A DNA stretch of 63,835 bases, counting the filler, from Hyphochytrium catenoides (lineage: Eukaryota; Protista; Hyphochytriomycota), in assembly GCA_900088475.1 (NCBI GenBank). It is 9 parts of 9 records of this genome, joined end to end, with 100 filler letters (N's around TTAATTAATTAA, not from the genome) between each part and the next. Parts side by side here need not be neighbours in the genome. Positions count along the whole stretch, not along the records: positions 21,681 to 28,435 come from FLMG01001061.1; positions 28,536 to 40,481 come from FLMG01004285.1; 7 more parts are not named here. One strand, 5' to 3'. Every line of letters begins with the position of its first letter. Positions within the stretch are counted from its first letter, which is position 1. Under the pieces are notes generated by a model. That model had not been told where the DNA came from, did no database searches, and saw only the letters and a list, made by a program, of their open reading frames with translations. Of this stretch, positions 23,382-37,300 are shown piece by piece. The position numbers and the translations under genes were made by a program.

Positions 23382-26300
23382 TCACATCACCTGGCATCGA
23401 TGCTGCAGCTTCTGTGAGACAGACAGCTGGGCGCGGTAGATTTGATGCCCTTGGATGTGCAGCTCCGTCAGCGCTCCGTCCGCCAGCGCCCACTCCAAGA
23501 TCACGCTGTACATGTTATTCGCTGGACGGTACCGCGTGACTAGGCCCAGACCGTACGGAGTGGAGACATGGTCTCCCACTGCCGCCGGCAGTCTGCCTTT
23601 GACTTGCTTAGGATGCAGATAGGCCCGAGCCATCAAGCTTGTCGCTACCTCCGCTGGCCCTGGTAACCCTTCCGTGTGCCAGCCTCTGATGTACTGCCTA
23701 GAGATGTAGAATGGCTGTGGCAACGAGACCACGTGCACGCCATCCACAGGCCGAACTTCCGTTAAGATGCCAGTGCCAAACGTTGTAAGGACTGGACTGC
23801 CAATCTCCCCAATCACGGCGAAAGAGACAATCTCTTTCTCCTGCAGATAGCAAATAACGCCTGGCATGCTGTGGAACTGAACGGTGTAGGTATTGTCCCA
23901 AGACCGGTAGTTTACGACCTCTCCAGTCCCAAACTTGCAGCGGACAAAAGCCCCAACGGAGTACTTGGCGAGCTCAACTGGTAGAGTATCTGAATCTGTT
24001 AGCCCTCTTTCCTGACCTCCTTTCCTGCCAGCGAGGAAGCGGACGCGGTCCAGCCATGAGCGTAGGGAGTTGGCAATGTGGAACGACTCTTCTCCTTCCC
24101 CGACGGCTCTCTGGTCTTCTTTTATGAGCAAGGAAAGCTGAACATACGCTACTGGGGCATTAGACACGATAGACTGATCCCCAGCAGCAGCTGCTTTCGC
24201 GGTTGACCCTTCTCTCTCATCAGGAGGTCGGTAGCGCAGACTCTCCAGTGCCACCTCAACCACGCCATCCGATGCCGCGGCGTCAGCAATAGCTGCCGCT
24301 GCCTTCATGCTCGGAGTGCTGGGCGTAGCATGTTCGGGCCATGGCGTCCGTTTATCACCTGTACGGCAAGAGATAACACGACCGGAGCCGAAGGGGGTCA
24401 CCACTTCGGTGATGGAGTCCTTCCGGGGTCTCGTTTCCCCAGGCGTTAGTCCCTCAAGGTCTGGAAGGTCCACCGTGGAGGAGAAGCGCTTGCGGAAGAA
24501 CCTAAAGAAGCCACCAGCGCGAGACTCTTTTCCTGCTAACTCCTGCGTCGTCAGCCGCACATGTCCTGGGTTAAGGAAGGCTTCCGCGCCTGGTTGGCTA
24601 AGGAGAGAGACGCAGAGCGTCCCATCCGGCCGCGTGGCATTCAGGATCCCAACCCCGAACACGGTCGAGACTGCGCTGCCCACCATCAGGACTGTCTTTG
24701 GCGACGAAGCTGGGACAGGCGCAGACTCTGGTGTTCTTCGGCCTGCGTTAAGCCTTAGGAATGACATGATGGCAGATGCTCTGTCACCCCTGATAGTTGC
24801 TGGCTGAGGCACTGGCAACGTCAGTGAAGGCCTCACGGGAGCAACATTGGCGATCCTGACATAGGCTCTGGCTGGTGTCGGCCCCTCCATCAAAGTCCAA
24901 ATGAGAACCTCAAAGGCATGATGGCCCTCATCGTAGCGCTGTACCACGCCATATCCAAACGGAGTCCAGACCACGATGCTTGTCGTGTCTCTATTAAGGG
25001 TGAGAACCTGGCTCTTATTGACTAGAAAGCTGTGCTTCAGCTCTGCAGTGGGCTTCGACTTCAGTAGAGAGTCTCGAGGGAGAGGTGTCATTACCTTTTG
25101 ATGCAAATAGGAATACGGAGGACCCCCGTCAGAGGAGAGAGAGACAGAGTAGACGCCGTCAATCCCTCTGAAGCTCTTGATAATGCCCAAGCCAAAGGGC
25201 GTGGAAACGATCATTCCTATGCGGAAAGATCTCTGATAAGAGACTAGGTTGAAGGTCTTGATGTTATGCTGTGCCAAGATCCGATTGGCTTCCATCAGAT
25301 CTTTGTTGACCTGCCATCGCGCGGCCTCTCTCCAGCCATCTGTCTTGAATTGGATCGCCTCAAACTGCTTCAGAACGTTGCGAGCGATGTATGCTAGGCC
25401 ATTCAACCGGATAAGGCGGCGGCGATAGGCGATGATTCCGGCCCCGATGTACGAGTCAAAAAAGAAGATCCGCATGTCTCGCCACTTCTCCTCAGCACCA
25501 GCATGAAAGCCGTAAGTCTTCTCTATCGGCTGCACGCGGTGGATGAATACAGCCTCTATGGCATCTTTAAAGCTGTAGCGATAGCGCGTTAGCAGTGATA
25601 TAGAGAGACAGATGACGAGAGAACGAGAGAGAAAGCAAGCAGTACATGTCGGGAATGGAACTAGGACGCCAGAATGAGAGAGAGAAAGAGGGGTTGCATA
25701 GCTGTGTCGCTAAGACAACGTAGGCACTGGCAGACAATGGCATTTCAGAGAAACAGGAGTGACTGAGAGTATAAGAGGAACTTTCCACGTACGTTTCCAC
25801 CATGAGCTCTGCGGCCTTGACATCTCCCTGTCCGTTGTCCCCTATGAAGACATGCGTAAACTCCGGGTAGAGCTGATAATACTGGGAGAAGTTCTCAAAC
25901 TTCTTGAGCGCCATTGGGCCCAGGTCTCCCTACGGAGCAAAAAGCAGGGGTCAGAACCACGGCAGAGCAGCTCAACATGTGGACATGGCAACCACAGCGC
26001 GGAAGACGGCCACCGGCAAGTTATAGACCGACGACAACCTCAAAACGAGGAGATAAGAAGGGAAACCGCCGAGGAGACAGATGGTTTGTCTCGGTCAGGA
26101 AAAGAGTCAAAGCCAGGCAAAGCCCACCAGAGGAATCAGCTTACCGATAGCATGAAAGATGAGCCCGACTGCAGGCTTCCAGCTAGCATGCTGGGCACAC
26201 AATGCAAACCCTTTGCCGCCATTTGAGTGAACTTTTGATAGCTTCTTCTCTCTGCCAAGTCCTTATATACGTGTGGCCGGGCAGAGAGGAAGACCAGGTT

Positions 26301-28435
26301 TCCTACTCTATCAGTCTCCCATATATCTGGGCCATTAAGTCCCATATCCAGCTGCTGAAAGAACTCTAGCACCCCGGGGTAGATCTGATGGTGTGGGTAG
26401 GAGACATCAATTCCAGCTGGATACTTTCCTCCAGAAGAAAAGAGAGTGTCATCGACGTCGGAGAGAATCTTCCTCCAAGGCTTCTCTCTTCTCATTCTCG
26501 CATACTTGGTTCCTAGGGCCATGTGAGCCGCCTGTACCTTGGCTTGCTGCTGTATATGTTGGATAATATCGCCTAAGGGCACAAGCCAAACAGATGAAGA
26601 TGAGAGACTTCTGCCATTCAGGGCCGGAGAACAAGTGCAGAGGTAGGACTGATTATTCTTACAAACAAACCTACGGTTTAGAAGCAATGTTGAAGAAGCG
26701 CTCAGGCTGATGTTAGTCGACAACAGCCAAAGAGGCTCAATAGAAGTGCAATGCTAGCCAAAGTGGAGAGGGTGAAGCAGATCTTACGTCTTATCTCCGG
26801 ATCAGTTATGTCGTTGTAAACGAGCTTGTGCATGCTGTGAATATCTCCTTTGGAGTCCGTCAAGCTCTTGAGCTATGATAAAGCATTAGCTCAGGGCCCC
26901 ACGTGGTTTGAAGCCAACGAGATGGGAAGAACATAGTAGGTCAGAGGGAACAGGCAAGAGGAAGACCAGGTACGCAGCATTATGAGTGGCCGCGCAAGAC
27001 CACTAGTAAGAAGAGATTAGAAGACAGAGAAGGGGATAGAGAGGAAAGTCGCTGCTTCTACCAGGCTAAGATCGTCTCCTGTGGTCTTAAGGATAATATT
27101 GCGGACGTATCTCTGCGCTTGATGATGTGCTGAGAGTCTGAAGATCATCAGCGCGTCAAGCAGCAAAACCCGAGAAGAAATGGAAAGGTCAGCTAGGCGA
27201 TTGGCACAGAGAAGCTCCATGATTGCGGTCCGGTGCTTGGTGTCAGGGGTACCGTGGTCTTTTACCTGTCGTACAAAGGAGGACGTGATAAGCAGAGCCT
27301 TCTTGCAGTGTGGCGTAGTAAAGATAAGAGCCAAAGGATGAGGAGACATGTACCTTATACATGACCAGCGCCAGCTTGGCGTGCCTAACAATGTAGTTGA
27401 GCTCCTCTTTGGAAGCTCCGGTGAGTATACGCAGGATCTTTTGCTCCTGAGAAGATAAGACAGACCAAAACAGAGAGGAACGCAAGCCCAACAGCAGCGC
27501 ACATATGAGAAACGATAAGAATCACTCTCAACGTGTCATGTCGTGTCAACAGACGCGCCCGTGCGAACATAGGTAAGACCCACGCCGGAGAAGCAAGGAA
27601 TGTCCACAGAGCTGAGAAGAACAGGTTCTGAGCCAGATGACTATGCCACATACTCGTGCTGGTGCAACGAGAGAGAGAGAGAGAGAGAAGAGAGGAGACA
27701 CTCCAAGAGCGAGCCGAGAGACGAACGGATAAAGGAAGAGAAAGCGCGCCGATTTGTCAGCAGTCACCTGTCTTATAACTTTCTTATAATCAAAAATGCT
27801 GGACACTGTAGAGGGCAGATAGAAGCTGTCTATCTCTGCCAGACAAGCGTGAATCATCAGTGTCTTCTCTTCCGCAGAGACCTTATATTTGAAGAGATGC
27901 TCCTGACGGATGATCTTTTTCAAGTGCTACAGAGAACGAAGAGTTCAGATGTTTGAAGAATGGCCGCGGGCAAGGCACGGAGAAAGGTAGAGCAAGGCTG
28001 AGGCGCGAGGACCAGGGAAAGCAAGGGGATGTAGACTTATGTGTGTCTTAGCATCGTGCGGTGGAGAAAGTAGGAACTAATCTGACACATAGTGAAGAAG
28101 GGAGAGGAGAGACAGACACCACAATGGCAGCACAAATTGGATCCAGGATCAGCAAGAACAAGAACCTATGTGCAGAGGCTGAATGCCCCGCCCCCCAAAA
28201 ACACAGAGAGTTGGAGCCAGCGAGGACTGGCCCTAGTCAAAGGAAAGAGGCAGCGAGGTGAGAGAACCCAGAAAGAAAGACGACTCCACTACGAAGCTTT
28301 TCCCTCTCGATGAACGCACTCACCCCCCAGCTCGCATTCCTGGACATCATCGGTCGGCGACTGATTGCCACTCTGTGCAGGTGTCTATCGTAAGTGTGGA
28401 CTGCGAAGGTGAGCGAGAACACTAGGACGCCGCCG
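23382..28435 (-). CDS. Multi-exon HAD-superfamily phosphatase (APP1/DUF2183-like) with seven C-terminal TPFG-type repeats and a CaaX box; 5'-truncated
   Basis: KILSDVDDTL (DxDxT), YPGVLEFF, LVFLSARP, FIGDNGQGD, IEAVFIHRV. The last exon is about 2.2 kb, holds repeated V-x-T-P-F-G-x-G motifs and ends in CQVM-stop. GT-AG boundaries were traced for most exons. Confidence 0.8.
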
Positions 28436-28535
28436 NNNNNNNNNNNNNNNNNNNNNNNNNNNNNNNNNNNNNNNNNNNNTTAATTAATTAANNNNNNNNN
28501 NNNNNNNNNNNNNNNNNNNNNNNNNNNNNNNNNNN
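28436..28535. other. Artificial scaffold-joining spacer
   Basis: 44 N + TTAATTAATTAA + 44 N. Confidence 0.97.
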
Positions 28536-29026
28536 GAGAGAGAGAGAGAAGAGAACACAAGCAGAAGAAGAGAAGGGAAGGAGGATGAGGAGATAGTAGT
28601 TGTAGAACTAGTAGAGAGGGTTGGCAGACAGGCAGGGTGGTGAGAAGAGAGAGACAGAGCATGGAGAGATAAAGAAAGAGAGGGAGAGGAGAAACGACGA
28701 GGGAGGAGCACAGAGAGAGAGAGAGAGAGATGGCAAGAAGAGAGGAGAGGTTTGCGAAGGGAAAGTGCACTTGGGGATGGGGCACCAAAAAGATCTTTCT
28801 GCGCTTCGAAGAGTTCTGAACTTGCCCCGACGCCCGACTGACTCTCAGCTCGCGCAGTCAGCAATCTCTCTCTCCCTCTAAGCGCCTAAAACTCTCTCCC
28901 TCTCTCTTTCTCTCTTTCTGCTACTTGTTTACATTCTATCACTTTTGCACTCAAGAACCGGCAACGGCACAAGTTCCGAGCTATTATCTTCACTGTTTCT
29001 CTGTCTCTCTTTCTCAGCCTTTTCTT

Positions 29027-29069
<43 letters not shown>

Positions 29070-29283
29070 GTCTAAACCCACCCTAAGTCTGCCCTTCTTA
29101 TCTCCTCGCCATCTGATCTACACCCGTGGAGAGTTCTCTAGCTCGTAGAGAGAGAACAGCGTTCAGGTGGGGAGGATAGGATAGAGAGGCGAAAGAAGGA
29201 GAGCTTTGCAAAAGAGTGACAGCAAGAAAGCGAGAGAAGGAAGCGGCGACAGGGAGAGAGAAGAAAACGGAGAAAAGTAAAAC

Positions 29284-32200
29284 ATGCAGAAGCCCGGCAG
29301 TACCCGGCCGCCCACAATGTCACTCAGGCGTCAAAGGCTCATGAAAGATTTTCTGGTGAAGAAGTAAGACAAGGCACTCTCTTTCTCTTTCTAAGATATC
29401 TTTTCTCCCGTCTCTTCTTCTTCTCTTTCTCTCTCTTGTAACCTAAGGCACTTTCCATATGTATCCCTGCGCTCTTTCTTTTTGCTTCTACCTCTTTCCT
29501 CTCTCTCTCTCTGCCTCTCTTTTCCCCACTTTCAGGCCGCCTCTCTCGCTTTCACATCCTTCAATTTTACCTCCTTTCTCTTCTCACCACCTCCTTCTTC
29601 TCTGCTGATCTCTCTCTCTCTTTCCCTCTCTCCTTGAAACCAGAGTTCCGGGGACTGCGGTGAAGAAGAGACATGAAAACGCAGAGAGAGAGAGCGGAGG
29701 CAAGCTCCCTCCTCCATGCAAAATCAACTTTGGGGACGACACTTTTGCCGTCCCTTCTCCTTGCAAACCGCGGGCTCTGCTCCGTGATGAGAACAAGGAG
29801 AACGCTGCATCAAACCTCCCAAGTAACTTTGTTCCTTTCGCTCCCTCTGCAAACGCCGAGAAAGAGAGAGATGGTGATAGAGAGAGACTGCCTCCTCTGC
29901 CCACCTCCTCAAAGGTCTTTCGAGCTCAGCCGTCAGGAGACAGTCTACAAGGCGTAGACAGCAGAGACAGTCTCCTCTCTCAATGCAGCCAATTCAGTCA
30001 GTACAGCCAGGATGACTATCTGACGCCTGTGGACCAGCCCGTTCTTCCGTCCAATAACCCTGCCACCCCTTCCCCCATCAGAAAGAAGAGCAGACATGCT
30101 TCCTTTGCCAATAGACTCTATCTTCCGGGAGAGGAGAGAGAAAGAGAGGAAGATAGAGCTCTCAATGCGCTGGTGGAAGATATGGACATATTGGATGTCA
30201 GTAGAGGATATACACAGGAGGAGGCTGGCAATAGAGGAGAAGGCGTGGCTGAAATGGACTGCGGAGACGGTGGCAGCAGGTATTACCGTTTGTTTTCTTC
30301 CTTCTTATCCTCTCTCTATCTTAATCTTGCCTTTTGTCTCTTGTCCTTTGTGTTTCTAAAGCATCGGTCTTCTTCTCCCAGCCATATATTCAGTCAGGAG
30401 TGGACCACTCCCTCTCCCTAGTCACTCTTCTTTTCTCTTTCTCATTCTTGCCTTTACTTGCCTGTGGCTCTCTCTCTCTTTTGCTGTCTTGCTCACCTAT
30501 GCTTTGTCCTTAACGCCACCAGGGGAAGTCCTGCCGGGCATCTTCCGGAGATAAATGTAAATCCCTTCATCGCCGACCCCCACAGGGAGAAGAGAAAGAG
30601 AAGGGGACGAAGTTCGATCTCTGGTGGGTTTGAGAGGGCACCAAAGCGATCGCTTCACACCTTTTTGGTGAACGTTTTCTCTGCCCTGTCTTCATTCTCG
30701 GTCTTATCTTCCTCTTTGTCAAACTTGCACCTCTCTCGTTGTTGAACTTTACTCTGTCGCGTCAGGATCGCTCAGGCTTCTCTCACTCCTTTATGAACAC
30801 ACAGGTAACGGTCTGAGAGTGAGTCCAAATGTTTGCAGATATTTATATGACTTCTCAGAAGTAGAGGTAAGTCTTCGCTCACTTACTGCTATAAGAATGC
30901 ACTCTCAAGCCTCATTGATGCCTGGATGTTCTTTAACCTCACTCGTGCTCTCTCTCTCTCTCTCTCTTTGGCCCCCACTTCTGGCTTTCCAGATGGTCGG
31001 ATCAGGTTGCTTCTCTCAGGTCTTTAAAGTTCGTCACCGCATCGACGGTGCCATTTATGCTGTCAAAAAGTTCAGAAGAGGCTTCAAGGGAGCGGCGGAC
31101 CGGTAACTACTCATCTCTCGCACTTCCCAGACCATCTCCTGCCACACCTCCGCGTGTTCACGCCCTCTCTGCTTCCTTTCTTTATCTATCTCTCCCCCAC
31201 AGGGAACGAGGGCTGATGGAGGTCTTTGCACTCTCAGCTATAGGTAAGGAGAGGGAGGTCATCAAATAGACGGAGTGGACGTAACTAATGCACTGCTTAT
31301 CAACTTTGCTCCCTCTATCTCCCTTTATCTGTCCCCACGTTGTGCTGCTGTGTTCCTTAGCACATTGTGCCCACGTCATCCGGTACTATAACGCCTGGAT
31401 AGAGGATGATGTCCTCTACATCCAGACAGAGTTCTGCTCTGGAGGGACCCTGGAGGATGAGTACAAACGGCGCAAAGAGAAGCAGGCCTCTGCCACACCC
31501 TCGCCCAGACCTTGGTAAGGGTTGCTGATATGTTCTCTTTCTTCTCCATTCTCTCTACCGAGCCCGTGGAACCCCCGTGCGGTCTGGCTCTAGCCCTGCC
31601 AACCTTGTCTCTTTGGTCTTCCACACATCTCCCTTTGCTGCATCTGCACCTTGCATTTTCCCTTCTACGTATGCCAGAGAAAGATTGTGTGTCTCGGCTC
31701 CCTTGAAACTTCTCTCTTTTTGTGAGCTTCCCGTCCTTGAACACTATCTAGGAGTGCTCTCTTGCGAGCGGCCCTGATAACGTCTCACGACACACTGTTC
31801 TTTTCATTTCTTCACTTTAAACAGTTTGTTTCCCGAACACGTACTGAAGACTGTGATCTACCACATTGCTAAGGTAAGCAACTTAGGAAGAGAGACTTCG
31901 TTAAGGCTAGGACAGGCACTGAGTTCCCGTAAGAAAGGAGGGTGACCGGAAAGATGAGAGAGTAAGGGGCAGCTTAGCGTTTAATGTGTTGACACTGATT
32001 CTGTCACTGGCGACGTACAGGCGCTCCAGGAGCTCCATACCCTGCGGTTGGCCCACCTGGACATCAAGCCTTCCAACATCTTAATTACAGAGGATGGGCG
32101 CTATAAGGTACAAGAGACAGCTGGAGTGCCATGATAAAAGTGGATCGACAAGTGAGAGACATGCTTTCTAAGAGAGAGGGAATGTGTTGGAAGAATGGCT

Positions 32201-33694
32201 TTCTGCAGTCAGATTCTGTCAGTACCACGAATAGGAAAAAGGGCATGATGAGGAGGGCCACACAAGATGTGAGCGCCTTAGTAGCAGGCTAAACCTGGCA
32301 TCTTCCGTAGCTCGGGGATTTTGGTCAAGTTGCCCGCTTCGACGAGGAAAACGATGCGTGTGAAGGCGACAACCGCTATCTTTCAAGGTGAGGGAGTGCA
32401 AACCGTCTCAGCACATTGCCACTGTCTTGCCCTGTGTGCCGTGAAGAAGGCGTTTTCCGGAGCGTCGTTAAAGAAAGCTTATCTTCTCCTTTGTCCTAGA
32501 GAGTTGCTTGAGGGCTACAGAGGCAATCTTCAAGCTGCAGATATGTTCGCCCTAGGTGCGACAATTTATGAGCTGGTACGCAAGAAAGTCACGACTTTGA
32601 GAGCCTCCGCTCTCATCACGTCCCTGTCGTTACCTTCGTTGTGCACTTAGCTCTACGCTTCGCCGTCATAGTCACGAATATTCTCTTTGGAGCCATCAGA
32701 CTGTTTCCTAATGTATCCACCACCTTCTCCAACACTGTCTCTTGTCAGGCGCTAGCTCAGGGCAGCCTCCCAGGTCAAGGAGAGGACTGGCAGCGAATCA
32801 GAAATGGGCATCTAGTTCCCTTTAGGTTGAGAGCGTCTTTTCTCATACTTCTTGTTCGCCTTCTCTCTCTTTACTTGTACAGTCTCTCTCTCTCTCCCCC
32901 TCTCTCTCTCTGTTGGCATTGCTCTCTTTAATCCCTTGCGCGCCCCTCTTTGCCCATGAGTGACTGACAAGAGTGCTGACAGTCACTCTTCTCTGTCTTC
33001 AACTCTTTTCGTGGCCCAATATCAGACATTATTCTCCCCAATTCCAAGGTCTGTTGGCGTCTCTCATGCACCCTGACCCGCATCAAAGACCATCAGCAAG
33101 GATGCTTCTCACTTCGGAGGTCCTTCTTTCAGCAAGGCAAGAGAAGCTGTTTAGTAGAATGAGAAGAGAAAGACACCAGTTTCCACTTTCTTCTCAAGCA
33201 CTCCCCTCCCCACACTAGTACCACTGGCCATTATATCGTATCGGTCAGATCTTCCCCTTATGCACCCGCCACTGACTCTTTCTCCCTCCGATTTCCATAT
33301 TCTAGGCCGACGGACTCTCTGGAAGCAAATGGGGACGAATCTGCACAGGTTAGCTAATTACCCCGACGCTTCAACTTCCCTATGCGTCCTCTCCTTTTAG
33401 CGCTACGCTCTGGGTCTCTTTCTATGTTCTCTAGGATATGTCTGTTCTTCTCTCTTTCCCTCGCTACATGCTTCTGTCTCATTAGTTCTCCGGGATATTT
33501 CTTAGATGGCTACATTACGGGAGCAACTTGCAGAGAAGAGCAGAAGTGTTGAGGCACTGGAGGCTGTACTAGCGGCGGAGCGAGCAGAAAGGAGGAAGCT
33601 GGAGCTCAGCCTGCAGAAACTGAAAATTGCTCGACAGAGCAGCGGAGCCGAAGAAAATGGGGAGAAAGACGTAATGCAGGCTGCTGCATATTAA
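29284..33694 (+). CDS. WEE1: Wee1-family protein kinase, about 15 exons
   Basis: VGSGCFSQVFKVRHRIDGAIYAVKK, EVFALSA, HVIRYYNAWIEDDVLYIQTEFC, HLDIKPSNI, KLGDFG, the Wee1 signature EGDNRY, ADMFALG, MHPDPHQRPSA; also N-terminal INVNPF and a C-terminal coiled-coil-like tail. Confidence 0.9.
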
Positions 33695-34343
33695 GCATAC
33701 CATCCACCGCCATCATCAAGTCTATGAGTTGTTGAACACATCCCCAGACAAACTAATGGAAAAGATGTGAACACGCTATGCATAACTTGCAGTCCCTTTG
33801 CGATATTGGTTTATTGATAGCCAGAGAACTGGACGCATCCTCAGACTGGACGCGTACAAAGTCTATGACCTGCCAGACCTTGAGTCCGAAGGAGCTACCT
33901 TTTTCCTATTCTTCTGGATGAGACACTCCGCGCCAAAAGAGCTTCAAGCTGCTAGTATTGCCTTGGCTCTCCCAACACTTGGTGCTGTGCGCCAGGCAGT
34001 TCTGCAGCATCGGGTTATACCTACCACGGCCCGGCTAAGCTTCGTCTTCTCGTGTCTCGCTTACCCTCTATGTCTATGTCTATAAGTACTTCTCTTCCTT
34101 CTAGTATCAGCCTCACTTTCTCACTGCAAATACTCTTCTTCCTTCTTCTCTACCTTGAGAGATCTTCCACGGGTGGTGCTTCGTGGTATCTTAACTTGAT
34201 CTTCGTTTCAAATTATCTGTCTTCTTTCTTATAACTCTCTAGGAGTTCATCACTCTCACTTTCCTTCCTCCTACTCGAGCACACTCTCTCTTTTTGTCTC
34301 TCTATCTCTCCTTTTCATGGCTCTGCCATACAATCTGCGAGCT

Positions 34344-37300
34344 CTAGTCCATTGACGAAAATTTTTCCTTTCCTTGACCTACTTTTGGAACGTCTTTCTC
34401 CTTCTGAAACCTGGCGATGAGGGCGAGAGGGCCCTTCTCACAGTCTTTCTTTACTGCCTCGAGGATGTAGGGGAACTCTGTAGACCCAGCCGCCTCTCTC
34501 CATCTTCTATATAAATCATAGCAGAGTGCGGCATGCAGCTACCCGTTCAGGAACGGATGATTTAAAGCAGCAACGAAGACAGAGGAGAGAGACCAAATCA
34601 GCTTCTTGAGTCCAGAGCGACGGGACATGATCTATTTCTCTCTCTTCGCTTACCTCATTCATAGCAGCGAGCACTCCCTTTACCTTGTTGCAGTGAGGAA
34701 TGAGAGCTCCTGATCGTAGCGCCTTTGTAAAGAAAGAAGCAGAAAGCGAAAGAGTTGAACAGAAAAATATGTGCGCGTACGGGTCAGAGAGAGCTTAACA
34801 ACCAAACGACAGGGTTAGAGGAGAGAGAATTTAGAAGGAGACAGGAAGGACGAAAGGGGAAGTGAGGTTAGAAGATGCATAGATTCTCGTCTCAGAGAAA
34901 AAGGAGATTCACATCGGACTCTAAACGTTAGGAACCTACCAGCAAGGTGTAGAGTGAGAGGTTCACGAAGGTGCAGGCCAAAGGATACTTGGTTAGTTCT
35001 TTGAGAGAGAGACTATACATTGACTTCGTCAGGTGAGACGGGGAGTTAAGGGATCAAACAAGGAGAAAGAGCCCTGCGACCCTTCTGCGAGTAGAGAGAA
35101 AGATTCAAATCGACAGAGTACGGTCTAGAGAGACCCAGAGGGGTAGAGGGAGACAGAGAGAGAGAGACACAGAAGGTGCGAGTGAGTGACGGAGAGAGAC
35201 GAGATAGAGAGCGAGAAGAGATAGAGGGAGATGCAAGAGAGCCTGATATAATGGAGGAGAGCAGGATATCTCGCTATAGTTTTGCGTGAAGTGCAGAGCC
35301 TGCAGCAATCCTAGCATGCCCACACCGCGGAGATCTGTGGCAGGATCATTGCCTTGGAACCCAATGACCTACATGGACATTAAAGAGAAGGTAGACAGGA
35401 GATGGAGATGGAAATAAGAGGGAGAGACGGAGACGTAACCAAACCAGAGATTCCTACCTCCCAGTGCCCACCATAGCGCGGACAGTTCGTCTTGGTATCC
35501 GTCATTCTGCGATAAAGAGTCTGCAACATCCGCTGGTGCTCTCGCACTGAGTTGTCAAAAGGACACTTCGCAATGCAGAAAGCCTGACATTGGGTAAGAA
35601 GGGAGAGAAAAAGAGAGAGAGAGTTTTAAGCTTTGAAGGAAAGATAACGCGACAGACAGGAGACACTGCGCTTGGGCCACGACGAGAGAGCGCGAGTTTA
35701 TAAAAGGATCCGAGAGAGACAGGAAGGGGAAGTGAAGAAGGACAAAAGAAGGCAGCCAAGCTGAGAGCAAGCTGACCGGATCTAAAACAGAGAGAGGAGA
35801 AAGCCCGAGAGAGAGTTCCACGCTGAAAAGAGAGCGCGAGAGCCTTACCAATTCTCTTTCCTCTTCTGCTCCCGGGAAGTTCAACTTGGACGGACTTGTA
35901 CAGATGAGACAGGCAAGAGAGAGTCCTCCTCTCTCCTCGCTTCTGCTTTCGCTCTCTACCACGATATCGTCGACATGCTGCCGCACATAGGGCGCGGTCT
36001 TGAAGTGTTCCGCCACGACAGAATACTCGATCAGTGTTGGCTCATCTGGGGCACATGTTTAAGTGTCAGCGGAAGGGCCAACAGGGAGGAGAAGAGGGAG
36101 AGAGAGAGATGAGCTATGAGAAGGGAAATAGAAGGAGAGAAAGGAAGAGTACACCTATAGAGGAAGGCGGGCAGAGAGAGAGGAAAGAAAGAGATAGAGA
36201 TCAAAGAAGGAGCGAACTATAAAGCCAAGTGAACATCGAAAGCGTGAGAAGGGATGAGAGATGGAGAGAATAGAGAACGAAAGAAAAGAGAGAGAGACAC
36301 AGAAATAGAGATGGGCAGAGAGACAGAAGAAGCAGGCAAAGAGAGAAGGAGAGGACTACATGCTGAGGCAGACAGAATGCACAAGGTAAATAGACAAACG
36401 CATAGCACGTACCTTTTACATTCCTGGCATTGTGCGCGTCACTGGCCCTGCATCGCTCCGTTGAGAGCTCTTGGAACTCCTTGGCCAGCCTCTCCTCCTC
36501 TTTCTTCTCATCTTCTTTGGCCTTCTCTTCTCTTTCTTGAGCCAGACGAGCCTCCTCTTCCTCTTTCGTCTGCAGAGGGTGATTGGCACATAAAAGAAGT
36601 GAGAGGAGCAGTAAGGTAAGAGAGAAAGAGAAAGAGAGAGAGAGACTAGAAGAGACAGAAAGAAGCAAATTTGATAGAAGTAAACCTGCGGAGGGTCCCC
36701 AGCCTTTCTGTCTGGGAAAGTTCAACAGGAAATCACCTTACCTCCTCTCTTTCAAGCTCTTCCTCGTCGACTTCTTTCATGACTTCTAGGGATTTGGAAT
36801 GCAGGACTGGAGAGACAAGAGAAGGATTCTCTTCCATCTTCTCTTCCTTACTGGACGCAGAGGATGACGGAGTAGCGACCGGCTTCTCTCCCTCGCTCTC
36901 CTTCAAGACAAGGATATCTTCCATCGCCAGATCCCCGTTCCTATACTTCTCATTCAACTGGCGGAAGAGTCTTAGCTCTGTGATCATATCAACTTCTCCC
37001 TCTCCCTCTCTCTCTCTCCCTCTCTCTCTCTCTCTTCCTCTCTCTCTCTCTCCCCCTCGCTCACTCACTCACTCTCTGTCTCTTCCCTCATACTCTCTCT
37101 CATATACTCTCTCTCTCTGTCTCTCTCTCTTTCTCGCTCTCGCTCTGTGGGCGCTACGTCTCTCGGGCTTACTCGCTTGGGTCCTTCTGGTGCCTTATCT
37201 CTTAACTACTGAACCTCTTATTTGCTATCTCTCTGAAGTTTGTGTCTTTCTCTTTCTTACCTGTTGCAGCGTAGCCGCACCTGCTTTGAGAGAAAGAGAA

